Assembly: GCF_004010195.1 (NCBI RefSeq)
Contig: NC_057720.1
Location: forward strand, 2,895,160 to 2,959,159
DNA length: 64,000 bases
Direction of reading: 5' to 3'
Origin: Chiloscyllium plagiosum
Taxonomy: Eukaryota
In this document: piece by piece, positions 63,145 to 64,000 of the stretch
How positions within the stretch are numbered: the stretch's first letter is position 1
How the letters are laid out: every line of letters begins with the position of its first letter
Notes under the pieces: model-generated
The model's input: the letters and a program-made list of their open reading frames with translations, nothing else
Database searches by the model: none
Told to the model about the DNA's origin: nothing
Position numbers and translations under genes: made by a program

Positions 63145-63692
63145 CTGTAAACAGTTCTGGGCACCTTATTCAAGGAGAGATATTCTGGTGTCAAAGGCAG
63201 TTCACAGCAAGTTCGCTCGGCTGATACCAGGTACCGAGGGACTGTCTGATGAGGAGAGTTTGGTGAGATTGGAATACAGAAGAGTGAGAGATGACCTTAT
63301 TGAAGCATAAAATGTTCTTAGGGGGCTCGACAGCGTAGATGTGGAAACGAGAAGAGGTTTGTTCATGCTCCCCTTTGTAGGGGAGTGTAGGACCAGAGAG
63401 ATTAATCTCAGAATAAGGGGCCACCCATTTAAGATAGTGATGAGGAGGAATTTCTTCTCTCTAGGGGTGGAATGAATCAGTGAAGTCCTTCAACACAGAG
63501 GACTGTCGGGGCTGGGTTGTTCAATATATTCGAGGCTGAGAGAGACAGATTTTTAATTAGTAAGGGGGATTGAGGGTTGTGGGGAAAAGGCAGGTGTTGA
63601 GCTGAAGATGATTGGATCGGTCTTGAACCCATTGAATGGCAAAGCAGGCTCGATGGGCTGAGTGGCCTGCTCCTAGTCTTATGGTCTCTAAG
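63145..63692 (+). mobile_element. Old CR1 LINE 3' part
   Basis: Degenerate RT C-terminus and 3' UTR resembling 38200-38760. Confidence 0.75.
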
Positions 63693-64000
63693 CATTCATT
63701 ATGAAAAGAGGAAGCCATTCAGCCCATCGAAACTACTCTGCAGAGTGTACCTATTACAGTGCACCTTACCCTCTCCCAGTGGTAGCGAGTTCTATTTTGA
63801 GACAATGCCAAGAGTATTCTGCTGCTTTCTGATGGCAGTGTTTATGCGGAGGATATTTGAGACTCGACAGGATTGATTAGAAATGGACGGGGACTTCAAA
63901 CCGTTCCAACGAAAGCCGTTGCTTACAAGATGAAAGATATTGACCTGTTTATAAAATACTAATGGCTTCTTCATGAATCACTCAGTCATGAACAGGATTC

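Noticed and set aside
62047..64000. Next collagen exon (end of helix or C-propeptide)
   Set aside because: No Gly-X-Y run with splice sites found; it presumably lies beyond the window. None found in 1-8370 either.

Overview
Eukaryotic genomic DNA, very probably a shark (HE1-type SINEs, shark-type CR1 LINEs, Penelope-like elements), with three assembly gaps. The window is an internal part of one + strand fibrillar collagen gene. I read 17 phase-0 Gly-X-Y exons with canonical AG/GT borders between 8371 and 62046 (1185 nt, 395 aa of the C-terminal part of the triple helix). The 57-nt exon GYPGDD-SAEI-GLP and the 54/63/54/36-nt terminal exon series indicate clade C (COL24A1/COL27A1 group), closest to COL24A1 by recollection. 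Two further helix irregularities are present: a Gly->Ala and a one-residue insertion. Neither the start nor the C-propeptide lies in the window. The introns are packed with decayed CR1, L2-type and Rex1-type LINEs, SINEs and three minisatellites. The most unusual signal is a set of short Penelope-derived elements from three sequence families, many of them fold-back units with 14-16 bp target-site duplications. They carry minimal hammerhead-ribozyme motifs (CTGANGA-helix II-GAAA-palindromic helix III-NUH) with compensatory stem changes; one is nested in another, and one has expanded into a 30-bp tandem array. Repeat boundaries are approximate; exon boundaries were read base by base.
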